Below the pieces are notes generated by a model that did not search any database, had not been told where the DNA came from, and worked only from the letters and a program-made list of their open reading frames with translations. Below, one piece after another: positions 26,755-40,957 of a stretch of 64,000 bases of DNA. The position numbers were made by a program, and so were the translations under genes. Source of the DNA: Perna viridis (taxonomy: Eukaryota); assembly GCA_037379345.1 (NCBI GenBank), contig CM074517.1, forward strand, positions 3,968,001 through 4,032,000. Direction: 5' to 3'. The stretch's first letter is position 1, and the number at the start of each line of letters is the position of its first letter.

Positions 26755-27188
26755 CTTAAATGTCATCCCTTCTAAAGTCTAACATGTTAGGTACTCTTGG
26801 AACTGTCCGGAATTAACCGACCTGGGTGTCATCCCTTCTTGCGTCTATCATGTTTGGTCTTCTTGAGACTGCCTGGGGTTAACCGACCTGGATATTATTC
26901 CTATTAACGTCTGATATGTTTGGTTCTCTGGAGAATGTTGGGGGTTAACCGATCTGGATATTATTTCTATTAACGTCTGATATGTTTGGTTCTCATGAGA
27001 CTGTTGGGGATTAACCGATCTGGATACTATTTCTATTAACGTCTGATATGTTTGGTTCTCCGGAAACCGTTGGGGGAATACCGACCTAGATGTTATTCCT
27101 TCTTACGTCTAACATGTTTGATTCTCTGGGAACTGTAGAGGGTTTACCGACCTGGATGGCATCCCTTCTTACTCCTATCACATTTGAC
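26755..27188. repeat. 66-bp minisatellite, about 6.5 copies
   Basis: CCGA anchor recurs at 26817, 26883, 26949, 27015, 27081, 27147. Confidence 0.9.
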
Positions 27189-29089
27189 ATTTTCAAATTT
27201 CTTTTTGAGCTTAAGTAATGGTTTGAAAAGGAATTACATGCGTTTTTGCTAAATTAATTTGGGATAATAGTTACCAAGGTATGAATTTACATGGTTCAAT
27301 TTAATGAAACTATTTACAATTCAGTAACAGCAACAGTAACAAATACAAATGATAATAATTAAAGTTGAAATCAGATCACCCTTGTTGGTACATTGAAAAT
27401 AAAAGTAAATTGCAGTTTTTCTTATTGAAGTTTATTAAGACCTTTTGTTCTGATTTTGTCTTTTTGTCCTCTTTGATATTTATTTTTTGATATCTACTTT
27501 CATGTTTGTTTTTAAAGGACTGTAATTATGAGTAATTCTTAATCTAAGATGATACACATTTTTATAAAACTTATGAAATTATGTTTTACTTATTTCTATT
27601 AAGAAATGCGCTTAAACTTCTGCAGTGTTGAAGAATCCATACTTTTCATTAATAAGTATTATTATTTATAAATAATTTATCATTAACAGATAATTTAATT
27701 ATTTGTACCTTCATCTGCTTAAAGTAGAAGCGTTCTGATGTCAAGTTATATGGATGGCCCGTATGTCTCAAGAGTAAATACCGGAATGTATGAAATAACC
27801 AGAGGTCAAAGTCGGTCAAATCGGAAGTTAAAACAGTATAGAAGATATGAACAATAAATAGGTGAACATTAAAAACGAAGAATTATCAGTAAATACATTA
27901 AAAGTATGAAAAACCAAGCCCCGAGTTTCAAAAAGTCTTGTGGGGAAGTTTGGTGAATTTTAAAATTAAATAATGATATACAAATAAAAACTACAGAAAA
28001 TTAATTTGTAGACAATATGAAATCCATCACTAATAATCTGTTTTTTAGAAACATATATTTTTTTCGAATAAGATATGGATATAAGAAATGAATTACTTTT
28101 AGGTGGAGTATGAGACGTTATTTCTTACAACCTTGGTCCAAAAGCTGTCTTCATAGCAACGGTGTCGTCTTAAGATTAAGAAGTCAGATTAGTCGCTTCT
28201 AGCTGTGACATACTTTATCAACTGAGAAATATAAACGCCATATGCTGGAGAAGCTGATATATTACAGTACAAGAAAGGGAAATTGATATTTCTAAAATCA
28301 TATCGACTCGATAATAATATACTTGTGTACTGAGTTGACTACTGACGTCAATATGGCAATCTTTATAGAGAAAACATTGAACTATAAGCTTATTGACAAA
28401 TTTGATGATGATGAACAGAGAATAGTATTAGCGAATATTGAATAGACAATGATATAATAACATTAATGTGCCTTAAGGTTACAGACCACCAATTCAACCA
28501 ATGAGCATTTGGAACGTACGCAAAAATAGTCCTACGCAGAAATTACCCCTGTTCCTCATAGTGCTGTGAAAAAAGTTCTCATCTTATTTAAAAAAAAATC
28601 AAACAGTTTCTGAAAGGAAAAACATTTCTGTACATTTTATAGGTGCATTTTGCTTCTTGTGATGTGAAGCCTAATCTCCATAATGATTTTTAAATATACC
28701 CCTATCTTGTGAAAACACTGGGATTTCCCATGCTATTTATAGACCCTTCACTTCCGGTGACCAGTACTGCACTGCAAGTCTGCTAACCCCACATGCCATT
28801 CTGAGGATTGTGAGCTGACATATGTAGAATCATGCTGATATATAGTCCTCTGCAGGTTAAAGTTAAGATAAAGTCCAGAGAAGCCATTGAATATTGTGAA
28901 ATTAGCATAGAAGCCTATGGGAAGTGGAATTAGTGGTTTTTAGCCTTAATGAATCACATTGTAGATCTGTGCGAAATAGTTTTTTTTTCTCAAAAAGGTT
29001 GATCGTATGATTAAAGGACACGGGGTAGGAATCCTGATAAAAGGGAGAGATTTTAATGATACACTGAAAACATGTTATTAACAAGAAAT

Positions 29090-30060
29090 TATTTTATCCC
29101 CTGATAGAATGCTGTAAAATAAAATCGGCTATTATAAACTCAACTGACCATCTCAGTGTGTTTATGAAATTCGAATCAAACTCTGTTGATGAAGGTGAAA
29201 GTTACTGGAAATTAAATAATTCAGTGATAAAAAAAATATATAATATAATAGACAATCTTATTTTAAAAGATTTTAATAACGATACTAACTTAGAAGATAT
29301 AACAACAAGGTGGCAATTTTTTAAACTTGAAGTGAAAGAACTAACTATAAAAAATTGCAAGGAAAAGGCAAAAAGATTAAGAAAAATATTGACAGATCTT
29401 GATAATGAACTTTATAAAGTTGTAAACTTAAAAGATAGGCAAAAACATAACGATCCTAACTTAGATAGGAAAATACAAGAAATGGAAACACGGATATGGA
29501 ATATTTACGGAAATAAAGCAGAAGTAGTACTGATTAGATCGAGGGAAAAATGTATAGAATTAGGAATGAAATAGCTCTTTTTTCTTGGATTTTAAAACAG
29601 AGACAGGTTAAATTCATAAATAAACTAAAAATGGAAGATGAGAATGTTATTACGGACCAAAACGAATTTTTAAAGATCAAGGAATACTTTCAGAACTTAT
29701 ATGCCATTAAAACTAAAAATCCCAACAAAACACTCAGTGGTAGGTGTATACAGGAAACGTCAATTGACCATAATAATGAACAAAAGTTGATTTGTGATGG
29801 TGTTATCAGTCGAAGAATGTACATTATCTGTTCGTGCTACGAAATTAAATAGATCTCCAAGATTTGATGGGATATCGCTAGAATTCCATAGAAAGTTTTG
29901 GGACAAACTTCAATATATATTGTAACAATTTTAAATAGAGGTTATATGGACCAGAAACTTCCTTACTCGCAAAGAACGTGTGTTCTCTTCTTAATTTTTT
30001 TATCATTAAACAATTGTCGTCCAATGTTTTGTTTTAATGTTGATCGTATGATCCTTTCAC
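29090..30060 (+). mobile_element. Decayed L1/Tx1-like LINE ORF2 fragment
   Basis: TDHLSV, GESYWKLNNS, WQFFKLEVKELTI, IRSREK, SPRFDGISLEF..KFW; endonuclease remnants may extend upstream to about 28100. Confidence 0.8.
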
Positions 30061-30199
30061 ATGTTCCATCTAATCTTGGAGATCTATTTAATTTCGTAGC
30101 AAGAACAGATAATGTACACTCTTCGACTGATATAAGACCATCACAAATCAACTTTTGTTCATTATTAAAAATGTTAAGAACTTTTATCACGAATAAAAA

Positions 30200-30286
30200 G
30201 TGTCTGTTTTCCATGTCCGGTTTTTTGTCCCTGGGTTACATCCTTTTGATTTCCGCTAGAATATTGGTTACCTTGATAACTTTTTT
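30200..30286 (+). repeat. Family A 3' fragment
   Basis: tgtctgttttccatgtccggtt...ccttgataactttt. Confidence 0.75.
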
Positions 30287-33227
30287 ATAATGATTTATCA
30301 AGCCTAAAGACGGCTTAAATTAAAATATAAACCTCAGTACTATCGATCATGGCAAAATATGAATTTTATCTTATTGTTAAAAAATACAAAGAAATCAGTA
30401 ATTTGTACTGTTGGTTGTCTGAAAGAAATTCAGTAACTTAATACTTGATATTGTCGGACTTGAGCATTTTATGTGTCATATAATGCGAGCTGCTTATTAT
30501 TTGATGTCATATTATACGATTTTTGCTATGTTTTGATAACTGTAATTCTGTTGTATACTAATGATATTATTATGTTACTTCTGTGGCATTTATGTGCTTA
30601 GTCAATAAAAAAAGATGTATCTTCCTATTAATCTAGTTGAATGCCACCCGAATGTGTAAAACAATTCAATTTATATGATAAGAACGGGTTAAAGAATTGA
30701 TACTTATATAAACTTACCTGTCTGAAGGACATAGCCGTTATATTGTGTGTTCCTAATATAAATGCACAAACACACGTTAATTGTCATCGTAAAGTTAAAA
30801 TAGTATAGTTACGCAAAAAAAAAAATTAAGAATATTTAAATCCAAATCTGCGTTTTCGAAACTATCTTAATTCCACTTTGTTACAGGTTTGAAATAATTA
30901 AATAACAATCGCTTCAATACATGGCCAAAAAGATCATATTTTATCATAAATTGCTGAATATCGGCAAAAAAAATGAAAATAGAAGGACATTTTCAATACA
31001 TTAAAATCCAAGTATATGACCAAAGCGCAAAAGCCGGAACACAGACGATCTACATACTCGCTCAAGTGAGCATAGATGATCTACATACACACAGTAGTCA
31101 ACAAAATCAAACATGTGCGGTTACAGAATATGAGTTTTCGGTTTCGCGCCAAGTATTTTAAGTGAGCTCAGTAATTCCGACACAGTCGGTATAGTTTCTC
31201 TTTTTACCCTTTGACCTTAAAGACGCTCTTCCGTGGAAACGCAAGTCACCTGATCGAAATTATGTTTCCCGATTGGCCATATACTGATAACTTAGAGGCG
31301 TTCCAAAAAACTGTATCGAAGATTAAAATTGCGTGCCATGTGTTATTTCATGGATGAAATGTAGAAAATTATGTTTCGCCTATGAAGTCACTAAACTGAA
31401 TATTCTTAGTTCCTATCATGTAAACTTGTATTCGGCTCGGTCACAAACGGTGCTTGTTTTATTCCCGACTTGCGGGCCAACATTTTGTCAACATTTATCT
31501 CCCTTTAGAGAAGGTGTCTATTCGGAACACGTAAAGTTTTACATCCGATATCTACGATACTTTAGAAAATCTCGAAAGTCAAAAGGGAATTTCTCGTTCT
31601 ACTGACCCTGCCTTACGTAACCTACCAACAAAATGAGACACCCTGTTGTGTTTGTCTGCTGGGTATTCCATTTTCATTCGAGTCGATTAGAGAGACTTCG
31701 AAATTACATCTGCTCTTACGGGAGGTAACTCTGCAAAAACGGGTAAAATATGGCTGCATCCCGAGCTCCTCAAGTAGGGAATATTTCATAAACTAAGCTG
31801 AAAATAAAGATGGCTAATCAATTGACCTATGGTATGACATATTCTTTGGGAAAGGGACAAATCATAAAAGATTATCTTTTTTGAATCTGTAGTTGCTATT
31901 CCAAAAATCATTTATTCATATCATTAGAAGAGTAGAGAAGTAAAAGTCAAGCCAGGGACCATGATTTTATGTTCGTTCTTGTGCAAAAGTTATTTCTGTA
32001 TTTGCCAACAAAATCCTGCAAAGAAAGATTTCTGGCTTGCTTGGGACAGGCACATAAAGTATGTGGCGGAGTTAAACATGTTTGTGATGATATTTCCCCC
32101 TAATCTGGAACCATGGGGGAAAAACCACTATAAAAATCTATTGAATGGGGATTTAACTCTTAAGAGCGACATAGATTACATATACAAACAATTTAACAAA
32201 TAGGACACATTACAGTAAGCTTCATCTACCTCTAAAAAGTACTCGCTTTCACTGTAAGCTTGTTCGAAATCCAAAGGCAACTAATCAGCTCACCTTGCTC
32301 ACTCAAACAAAAATATTAATTAAAACACGTCCAACATGCAGTTTTTTTTAGTGAAATTATATCATGAAATGTCAAAAAAGTAAAACAAGGTAGCTGGAAG
32401 AGGTTCATAAAAGCTTGACAGTACGTTAGCTTTAAAGGAACCCTCTTATTATTTTTCTTGGTTTTGTACCCCTATAAATATCATTACAGCTGATACTGTT
32501 ACCCCGTACAAATCCAACAATTTATGTCTGCTGGTTTTACTGTGAAAGTAAGTTTATATGCTACCATTTTAAACAAAATTAGTAGTATCAAAAAAGTTTT
32601 TTTTCTGTGTCAGAAATTTCATGAGTTAACTAAATTGATGGATGAGTGTTGTGAGCATGAGGATAAAATTCTCTAAATTCTGTTGTAACTCTTTTCATTT
32701 AATATCGACATCGATGAATCGAACCCAAGGGAGCTAGGGGTTTAGATAAGCTAGGAGGTGAAAATAATTTGAATTTCCAGTTTACCTAAGAAAGAGCTGT
32801 ATTCGTCCGATTAGTTTTACCGTTAACTTGTAGGTAGTCTTCATCGATGAAATTGAAGTTGTTACATTTCAAGACTGAAGTGAGTAGCTTAACTTGACAG
32901 TCAGAATGGGACCACAATTATTCCAAGTTCCAAGTTTCCTTACAAGATTCTATACATCATGGGGATATTATAATTGAGTGGATTGGCATTTAGAGAGACC
33001 AACAGTGTTTCAAGAGGAAGAGGATCCATATATTTCATTTTTCTCAAATAATCCGTGTTATCTTGTATATATGACAGGAGCTTTTAAACAACTAGTCTGT
33101 GATGGTAATAAACAAATTCAGATTGTTTTTTTTTTCGATTTTTGGTCTTTAGTAGCTGTCAAGAGAGCGTGAAAAATCTGAAAAAATGTGATACATCCGA
33201 AAAAAGGCTACACATTTTTATTTTTGA

Positions 33228-33533
33228 TATTAAGTTGTTTTATGGGTCTATATTATGAAATGTGTAATTATTCATTCCAATTTGTCTGCTCTTCGGAGAT
33301 AATTAACATTGAAAATCCGATAGATTCTCTTATATTTGAGTGTTATTTCCCTTAATTTTGAAATATACATTGCATTCTCTTTAATTTTTATCTACTAAGA
33401 GCACAGGTTATATGAAAAACCGAATGTTAATTTCTGTTTACTATGGCAATTTAAACAAAATATAAAAAATAAAAATATGCAGACTTTCCAGCCATGAATC
33501 ACATTTTGTATGATTCTTAGCTGGAGTGCTACT
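33228..33533 (-). repeat. Family B copy
   Basis: Reverse complement of 24688-24998; ends ttagctggagtgctact. Confidence 0.7.
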
Positions 33534-36116
33534 GAAGTATTCAAGCTAATCTTTCAGTTTTACTTCGATGCTTGCGCATTTTGTTCAGTTCCTAAGATCA
33601 ATTAAGAAGTTCCCATTGGAATGCCGACCGTTTTTGAATAACGCGTCTACCAAACTGGACAAACATGGAAAAAACTATAACATCTTGAAGACATAATCAT
33701 AAACTATATAAGGCAAAATCTGAGAAATCCCGAATGTCTTATAATTGTCTGATGTTCCGAAGGAAGGAAAAATGTCTTTACAGAGATTCCATGGCAAGAA
33801 CATCTGGACCTGTCATACAAACATTTTTCCTTTTTTTTTTCTTAAACACTTTGTAAAGAATTACTTGTTAATGACTAAAGTTATGTATAATAATTTGCCG
33901 TTCTTTTTTCGTGGAAGTTTTGATTGATATACAACATTTTTCTTGTATTTATTTTTTATTAGATATTTAATAGGATTACATTATTTTTTGACACTTACAA
34001 TATGATTTATAGTTATGTTGAAGTAAATCTAAAAATAATTCGACAGAATTCCGTACTATTCTGGCCGTCTCCAAAATAGCAATCATATGGAAATTGTAAC
34101 CCTGTGTTTAATACAAGAGACGAAAGTTTCCGTGTATTAGGGGTTTTCATTTTGATAGTTCGTGGTCAGCCTTTGGTAACCCCCCCCCCCCCACCGAACC
34201 AGCAGTGGCATCATCCCAGTGGTTTCTAAATTAAAAATGGCGAGTGATCAAACGAAATCCTGAATATGAGTATATATGATTCGAGTATTGCACAGAAAGC
34301 AGACAAGTGTTAATGGCCTATAACTATATGTAGTATTGCGGGATTATCGAACCAACTTCGTCGACAGTGCACTGCTACGCATTTACCAAGCATTTACTAT
34401 CATATTTATTGCTGCTTCTATCTCTTTTCTTCTCTGTCTTTTTGTTTTGTTCTAGTTTTATAATTCTTTTCTAATTCTAGATATGCAATGTATATTATTT
34501 TTTTTGTTCCATTGTTCCTAGTCAGTCTAAACGGGTGTGTTTGTGTGTTAAAATAAAGCAAAAAAAATATCCCATGGCTGTATAGAACGCAATAATATAG
34601 AAACATTCCTACCATAATTATCTAATGTATAAATCATATATTTCACAATGCATTTGAGTTATCATTTTTGAAACGATGTCAACATATCCAATCAATATTA
34701 TTGCATTTCATTTGCTGCATTGTCCATCTTCAAGTTCGTCACTCCTCTCTCGCTCTTCTTTTCAACAATGAATAACTGTTTCTTTAATTTTAACACCTGC
34801 ATGCCTTATGGCTGCTGCTTGTAATTTTAAAAATCATAATCACCTTTTAAAAAGAGTCAAATGCGTTGAAAATGTTACTATCAGCGACTATTTATCACTA
34901 AAACATCCTAAATAAGAAGATGTAATATGGTTCAAAAGCTATAAACTTTGTACATGTACGTATGTCTCACCATAATCTTGTAACTTCTATCCCTTTCAAG
35001 TATGTCAAATACTGAAACGAAAAAGGGTACGCGTTGTCAAATTATTGTTTAGTCAGCAACATAACATAGCAACACCCCCATCTATTTAAGAGATAACTGT
35101 TTTAATAGTACTTGATGCTTTGCGGACGTCCATCTGTAGTTTTATTGACGCAAATTGAGTTTACCTTGGCGACGCGTAGCCATGTAAACGGATATTTGCG
35201 ACAGAAAAACTACAGATTATGCACATGTTTACAAATATATATTAACATGTGTTACTAAATATCTACTGATATCAATAAATGGGAAAAAATTCCACAATGA
35301 CTTGCCACAACCATAAGACATGTCATATATATATTCTTCCTTGAAGGTGTACATGCATAGATGTGTTGAACGTGCTCTGTCATGTTAATAATTTTAAAAT
35401 GGTAGGGGTCATAAACTAAAAAATAAACAATAAATATGAGCAATTATTAATTAGTAGTTAGTAAAATCATATCAAAATTTCATAACAATTGATCAACCAT
35501 AACCATAAAGTCATCGCACGAAAATCAAGTGAATATGGACGACGACGACACGGACGCCGCCAACGATGACGTCGCTGTCAGCACCATTTTTCAACCTTAG
35601 GACCAAATTAGTAGTGTATGATTTGCTAAGAATTTACATTTATAATGTCTTTGTTTTTACATTAGTCCTAATTAAACAGTTCTTTAGCAAAGGAGAATAA
35701 AACTGCATAATTGCAAAATTTCCCACTTACAGTCATGTACTCAACGAAAAACATTCGAAATTCTTATGAAAACAAAAATACAATACCTGTATATAAAGGA
35801 CTTCAAGGCTAAACCCATCGGTACTGACCCACAATTAACACTTCAAAATCAATATTTCAACTAAATCTTGTATCAAATAATTCTATATATTTCTAAATAG
35901 TCACATACATTTGTAGCCTGAAAAATGTTCTCTTGAACAAAAACTGTTTACTTGTTTTTGCAGCTGTATAAAATATGTCAAGAGGCACTGCCACTATCAT
36001 TTGGTTTCAAAACCAACATAACGTGTATGTACATGAGAATCCAAGTCAGAAAAAGCTTGCCAAACAACCTCTTATAAGACTAGCACTACTGGAGTAATAA
36101 ATAGACCATCAGTTTA

Positions 36117-36559
36117 GGCCTAAAAAATGTTTCCGGTCACCCTACTGACCCTCCTTCAGACTCCCTACTCATAAGTTTTTATTTGAAATTTTCAAGAAAA
36201 TAAAATAACGTAAAAATTCTGCAGATTGTCTTTCAGAAAAAAAAGAAAATCGAAAACACACATGCCATGAGTGTGTTCTTGGTCGTGGATAATCCCTTTT
36301 TGGAATTCGGCACTTGAAATATTTTTTTGGTTTTACCACCTCCGTCAAAGCAAAAAAATACTCATGCGCCGAATCTCAAAAGGGATTAGGCTGTTGACTA
36401 AATGTATTACATGTTTAGTCTTTGGATATTTGGTTTTAATTGTATCTTTATGACTTATTTCATTTCAAAAATATTAAATGAAAATAAAAATTCCTACTTA
36501 CCAATCACTACAAAATTTTAGAGCAGTGCTCGGAAACATAACATTTTTTTTCTTCGGCC
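36117..36559. mobile_element. MITE, PIF/Harbinger-like
   Basis: GGCCtaaaaaatgtttccg ... cggaaacataacattttttttcttcGGCC imperfect TIRs; TTA on the left. Confidence 0.55.
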
Positions 36560-37924
36560 TTGGAAATTTCTCATCAATTGACTGGCACAATATCTGTCTT
36601 ACATGCACTAGGAAGTGTTGATTTTATTCCAAAAAGTATTTTGCTGTGTCAAAGATTCAGCAAATGCTGCTGTAGGCTATTCAACGCTGTATATAGCGTG
36701 CATATTATAAATCGAATCACTAGGTCGCTGATCGACATTAAATCACGTGATAATGCATTAATTTTAATTAATTTAACGAATGAACGTGGTCACATGACAT
36801 CTAATTTCCCCGAATACACAATGGCCCCCATTCACGGGTTTGACTGTCCGGGGACTGTGTAAACGCTTTGATCCTTTACACCGACCGTCCGTGAGAGGCC
36901 CCAAACCACAGCCAAGGACGTTAAGAAATATCCAGTCCGTCATATTACACAAACGATTGCAAACCGGGTCTATCAGTATTGAGTATGTTAGCACGAAAAC
37001 GAAAATTAAACCAAGCATGCGAACAGTCAGCTGATTGTCAGCGTCACTGATATCGTGCAAATGATTGGCTAACACTGTGTTACGAAAGTTTTTTTTTAGG
37101 ATTTTAGTGGTTTATACCCACAGACAGTCGAATTATCTCCTAGAAGCAACGATGTTCTAGCTTAATAATGAAGGAAATGAAGGATGTATAACGGATATAC
37201 GGAAAGTGCTATCATTTTCAACTTTATAGTTATTGTGTAATTTAACGATAAACACTCTCCAAAATCGTCATCATATTTGTTGTCAATTAGTAGGTCAGCC
37301 AATTTAAAAGTTATGCAAATTATCTTGACCGTAATATTCATACGTGCATAATTTGTGAATCGGCTCCGACAGGTATATTGAGAATTCTTATAATGACGTG
37401 CTTCAAAGCTCTTTACACTACAGCCATGGTAAAAGTGATAAATTTCGTGTAACACATAGGCTGCGTCTATTCAAAAATATGAAAAAATTAATCCAAGTAG
37501 AAATAAATCAATGAAACTCCATTTTATCATTATTTTACCATAAGCTATGATCGCTCGGGGTAAAACAATGCGACATCAATGGCAAACCCGTAATAAAAAA
37601 GTTTCCGTGATTTATTTCGTAATTTTACGCTCGAGTCGAGCCAATGAAAAGGCTTGTTAAATAATTATTGTATTGGAAGTTAGTACATACTCACTGCATG
37701 TGTTTAGTATTATCACCAATACCAATGTTTAACACAAGTATCATTCAAAACCTCTGTAATACACAATTAAATAATCAGGGGCGCATCCAAAATTTCAAGT
37801 TAGGAGTGTAAAAAGAAAAAAAGATTGGACGCGTTAGCCGGGTCGGCCCCTATGAATCCACGCTTGTTATCATCGTGAAATTATAAGTATGCCTAATGGT
37901 AATGACTTGAATGTGTTTGACAAT

Positions 37925-38415
37925 ATCAGGAAAAATGAATATGGTGAATATGTCAAAGAGACAACAACCAAACCGGGATGAAAATGGCAACCCATGGGTC
38001 TTCAATGAACAATGAGGAATTAAACCCTCACACCTGGATGCAGAGCAGGTTGCAGTTGGCCCTAGAACACATTATACTCGGGTATAGCGAAATAGTTAAT
38101 TGACTCTACATACTCCAGCAACGTAAAGTAAACTGAAAGTGAAATCTTTACAAGAAATACGGAGGCCAAAAATTCTTGGGACAGGTGCAAAAATACGGCG
38201 GGGTTAACATACTTAGGCGTGATCACAACCCTCCCTTTTAAAAACTGGCCACTGTAGAAAAAAATTCACAATTGAAAATACATAAAAATCAGTCCAAATT
38301 ATTAAAACAGGTATAAAGAAACTGACTATATGTTACAGGACTACTAGCAGTTAACAGATATGCCATATCCAGATCAGTTTACTATCAACCTCAATTCTTC
38401 CTTGATTACTCTTTC
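37925..38415. repeat. Decayed dispersed repeat; short related copy at 40040-40130
   Basis: gaatatgtcaaagagacaacaacc shared with 40054-40082; resembles common mussel-type repeats (recall only). Confidence 0.5.
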
Positions 38416-39067
38416 CCAAGCAGTAGGACTAGGACAACCGGAAGTGCATTTGAAACCAAAAAATGTGATCCATCCTAATCAGTGACCTTCCGCGATGTTT
38501 GCACTATTTCGTGTGTATTGGCCGTTCGGCAAATGACGTTGAAAATGACAATGTCATGTTTAAGCGATTACTGTGTTGCATCCACTTGACGGAAAGCTAT
38601 GATTTTTTTCGCCATGAAAAGTTTAGATCTTTTGAAAGTAGTCTTTCTACTTCCCTTGTCTAGATTTGAAAAAAAAATATGATTAAATATGATTAATTTT
38701 TTTTTTCGTGCAAAAAGATCAGACACTTCCCCACATGATCACAAGTAATTTACGCGAATTAGGCACAAAAAATGTTACCTCCTGGATTTTCTTGAAAGTT
38801 GGCGATAAGAAAACTGAAATTCCTGACTACATTTTCATATAAGTCAAAATGAGAGTCACGGTTGAACAAAAAAACGTACCTAATTTAAATGAGGGTTGTA
38901 TTTTTTGGTAGATTATCCTATGAAATTTTATATATCGGTTTAATGCTTCTCGTTGGCACTCTATTTGACATTTAAAAACTTAAAAAACTACTAATTTTTG
39001 GCACGAAATTTTAGTCAGATATTAAAAGATTATTCTTATGCTACTGAGTTTGAATCAAAATATATTA

Positions 39068-40546
39068 GGCACGAACCATTTTCTTATGGTGGTGGGGGCT
39101 GGGATTTCCTAATTTTAATTTTTTTTTTCAGACCAAAATAAAATTGGATTTTTTTTTACACTTTCAGCAGATATTTTTATTTATTTATTTAGAGAAACTA
39201 ATCTATTTTTTTTTTTTAATTTCCTGAAATGTATGCTTTTTGATCTCTGCAAGAGCAATATCCCAGCGTATGCTTATAGGAAAAATGCATATTATAAAGC
39301 ACATGGTTCAAGGTGATATTTTATTACGGTAATATAAAACAATTTTGTCTATAGCCTTGTCTTGGTTTTGGTGAGCATAGTTTCTGTAGGCCAGTTCCTG
39401 CACTATGGTACACCCTTAGACCATCATAGAGATACCAAGATCCTTGAATTTTCATGTTGCAATTAAAATGTCCTCCATTTCCGTATCTTAACGCGAGCAA
39501 GGAATACCTGAAAAAAATCATACGTAAATACATACGTCAACATCTTTTTGCATTATTTTTGTTTTGTTTCAGAGAATATCAGGTTTGAACTGTGACAACA
39601 AATGATCCCTAGAGATATTTAGCGTCACTATAATAATTCTATAATGTAAATTACACCACAATACATGTATACATGAATGAGTATAAAATGATATTAATAA
39701 AACATAGGTAAAAGCTACGTCATCTTAGCTAAACTTAACTATTTCAGATAGAGAAAATAGGATTGTATGAAAAACACACACATACACACACAAAAACAAG
39801 AAAAAAGTAGAGAAGAGGAAAGCTCGAGCAGTTTTAAAATGTGGTAGACCAGAAAAACAAAACAAAGTTCAAACAGACAATATTTCCCGCTTCCTAGTAA
39901 AAAAAAAAACCAACAGATAAAGAAAACGTTCAAAAAAATGTTTATGTTCCGCCATTGTCTTGCATTGCTTGGAAGACTATGTTTTAGACATTTAAAATAT
40001 AACAAAATAATCAAGAGATTACAAATCCAAGGTATAAAAAGAATGGAAATCGGGAATATGTCAAGGAGACAACCACTCAACCAGGAATGGAAAATCGACA
40101 GCCTAAGGCGACCTATTTATCTTCAATGAACGGTAGCCTGCAAATCAGATAAAACAACCAACATGCATATATACAAACGCATATAAAGCACACAAAAAAC
40201 TAATATCAACAAAGAACTAAGAAACATGGGTAACATGGACCCCTTTTGAAAATAGACGAAAAAAAGTTAACACATGGTAAATTTAATAACTATATTTAAT
40301 GCACTGAACACACTTCTTCTTCTTTTCCATTTTCTTCTTCCTCTCCTTCTTTTTCATTTTCTTCTTCCTCCTCTTCCTCTTTTTTTTCAGATTTTTCAAT
40401 TTTTTTTTTTTTTGGAAATTCTGAATTATTTAAATTTTTTCAGCTCTTTTCAAAATATATATATATATATATTTTTAATCAAAATTTGAATTAATTTTTT
40501 TTGAAAAAAATCCCAGGCCCCCCACCATTAGAAAATGGTTCGTGCC
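39068..40546. mobile_element. 1479-bp non-autonomous PIF/Harbinger-type DNA transposon
   Basis: TIR GGCACGAACCATTTTCT...GGGGGCTGGGATT / AATCCCAGGCCCCC...AGAAAATGGTTCGTGCC; TTA duplication at 39065-39067 and 40547-40549. Confidence 0.85.
39310..39507 (-). pseudogene. Exon remnant resembling a USP-type cysteine peptidase His box, inside the transposon
   Basis: tttttttcag| acceptor then YSLLALRYGNGGHFNCNMKIQGSWYLYDGL; shifted frame gives IVLYYRN. Confidence 0.5.
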
Positions 40547-40769
40547 TTATGTCGCAATTTGTTTCAGTAAAAGATTTAGTTTGACTGGATTATAATTTTA
40601 TGTATCCATTTATTATTTGACAACTAAGGCGAAATGGGAACAAGCCAAAAATATTGCCTAGTATTTAAGAACATAATTCTGAATAAATTGGATTTTTTTT
40701 TTTTTAAAGAAAAGTCAATAAAAAAATCGATTTATATTATAACCTAGCGAATTTAGCAATGCTGGAAAA

Positions 40770-40911
40770 GCTTGCGAAATTGTATGACCTTCACCTTTTC
40801 AGGTATCTTAGCCAATCGGAAAACAATAATCCCTTCAGTCCGGATGAGATAAACAGGAACTCGAAGCTTGGCAAGGGGTTGGGCCGGAATAATCAGATAC
40901 AATTTGCCGTC
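40770..40911 (+). promoter_or_regulatory. CpG-richer FLOT1 promoter/5' UTR region
   Basis: AGCCAATC (CCAAT at 40812-40816), GC-box-like GGGGTTGGGCCGG, local CpG retention contrasting with the CpG-poor gene body. Confidence 0.5.
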
Positions 40912-40957
40912 ATGGGTTTCGAAACATGTGGCCCGAACGAGGTGATGGTTGTTTCGG
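40912..40957 (+). CDS. FLOT1: FLOT1 coding exon 1 ([16 protein letters not shown])
   Basis: ATG in gccgtcATGG context; donor G|GTAAGT, phase 1. Confidence 0.95.

Noticed and set aside
26755-27188. 66-bp repeat as a coding repeat or CRISPR-like array
   Set aside because: Stops in the four frames checked; no unique spacers; eukaryotic context
40759-40911. In-frame upstream ATG giving a 51-aa N-terminal extension of FLOT1
   Set aside because: Overlaps promoter-like motifs, has no flotillin similarity, and would remove the conserved N-terminus position
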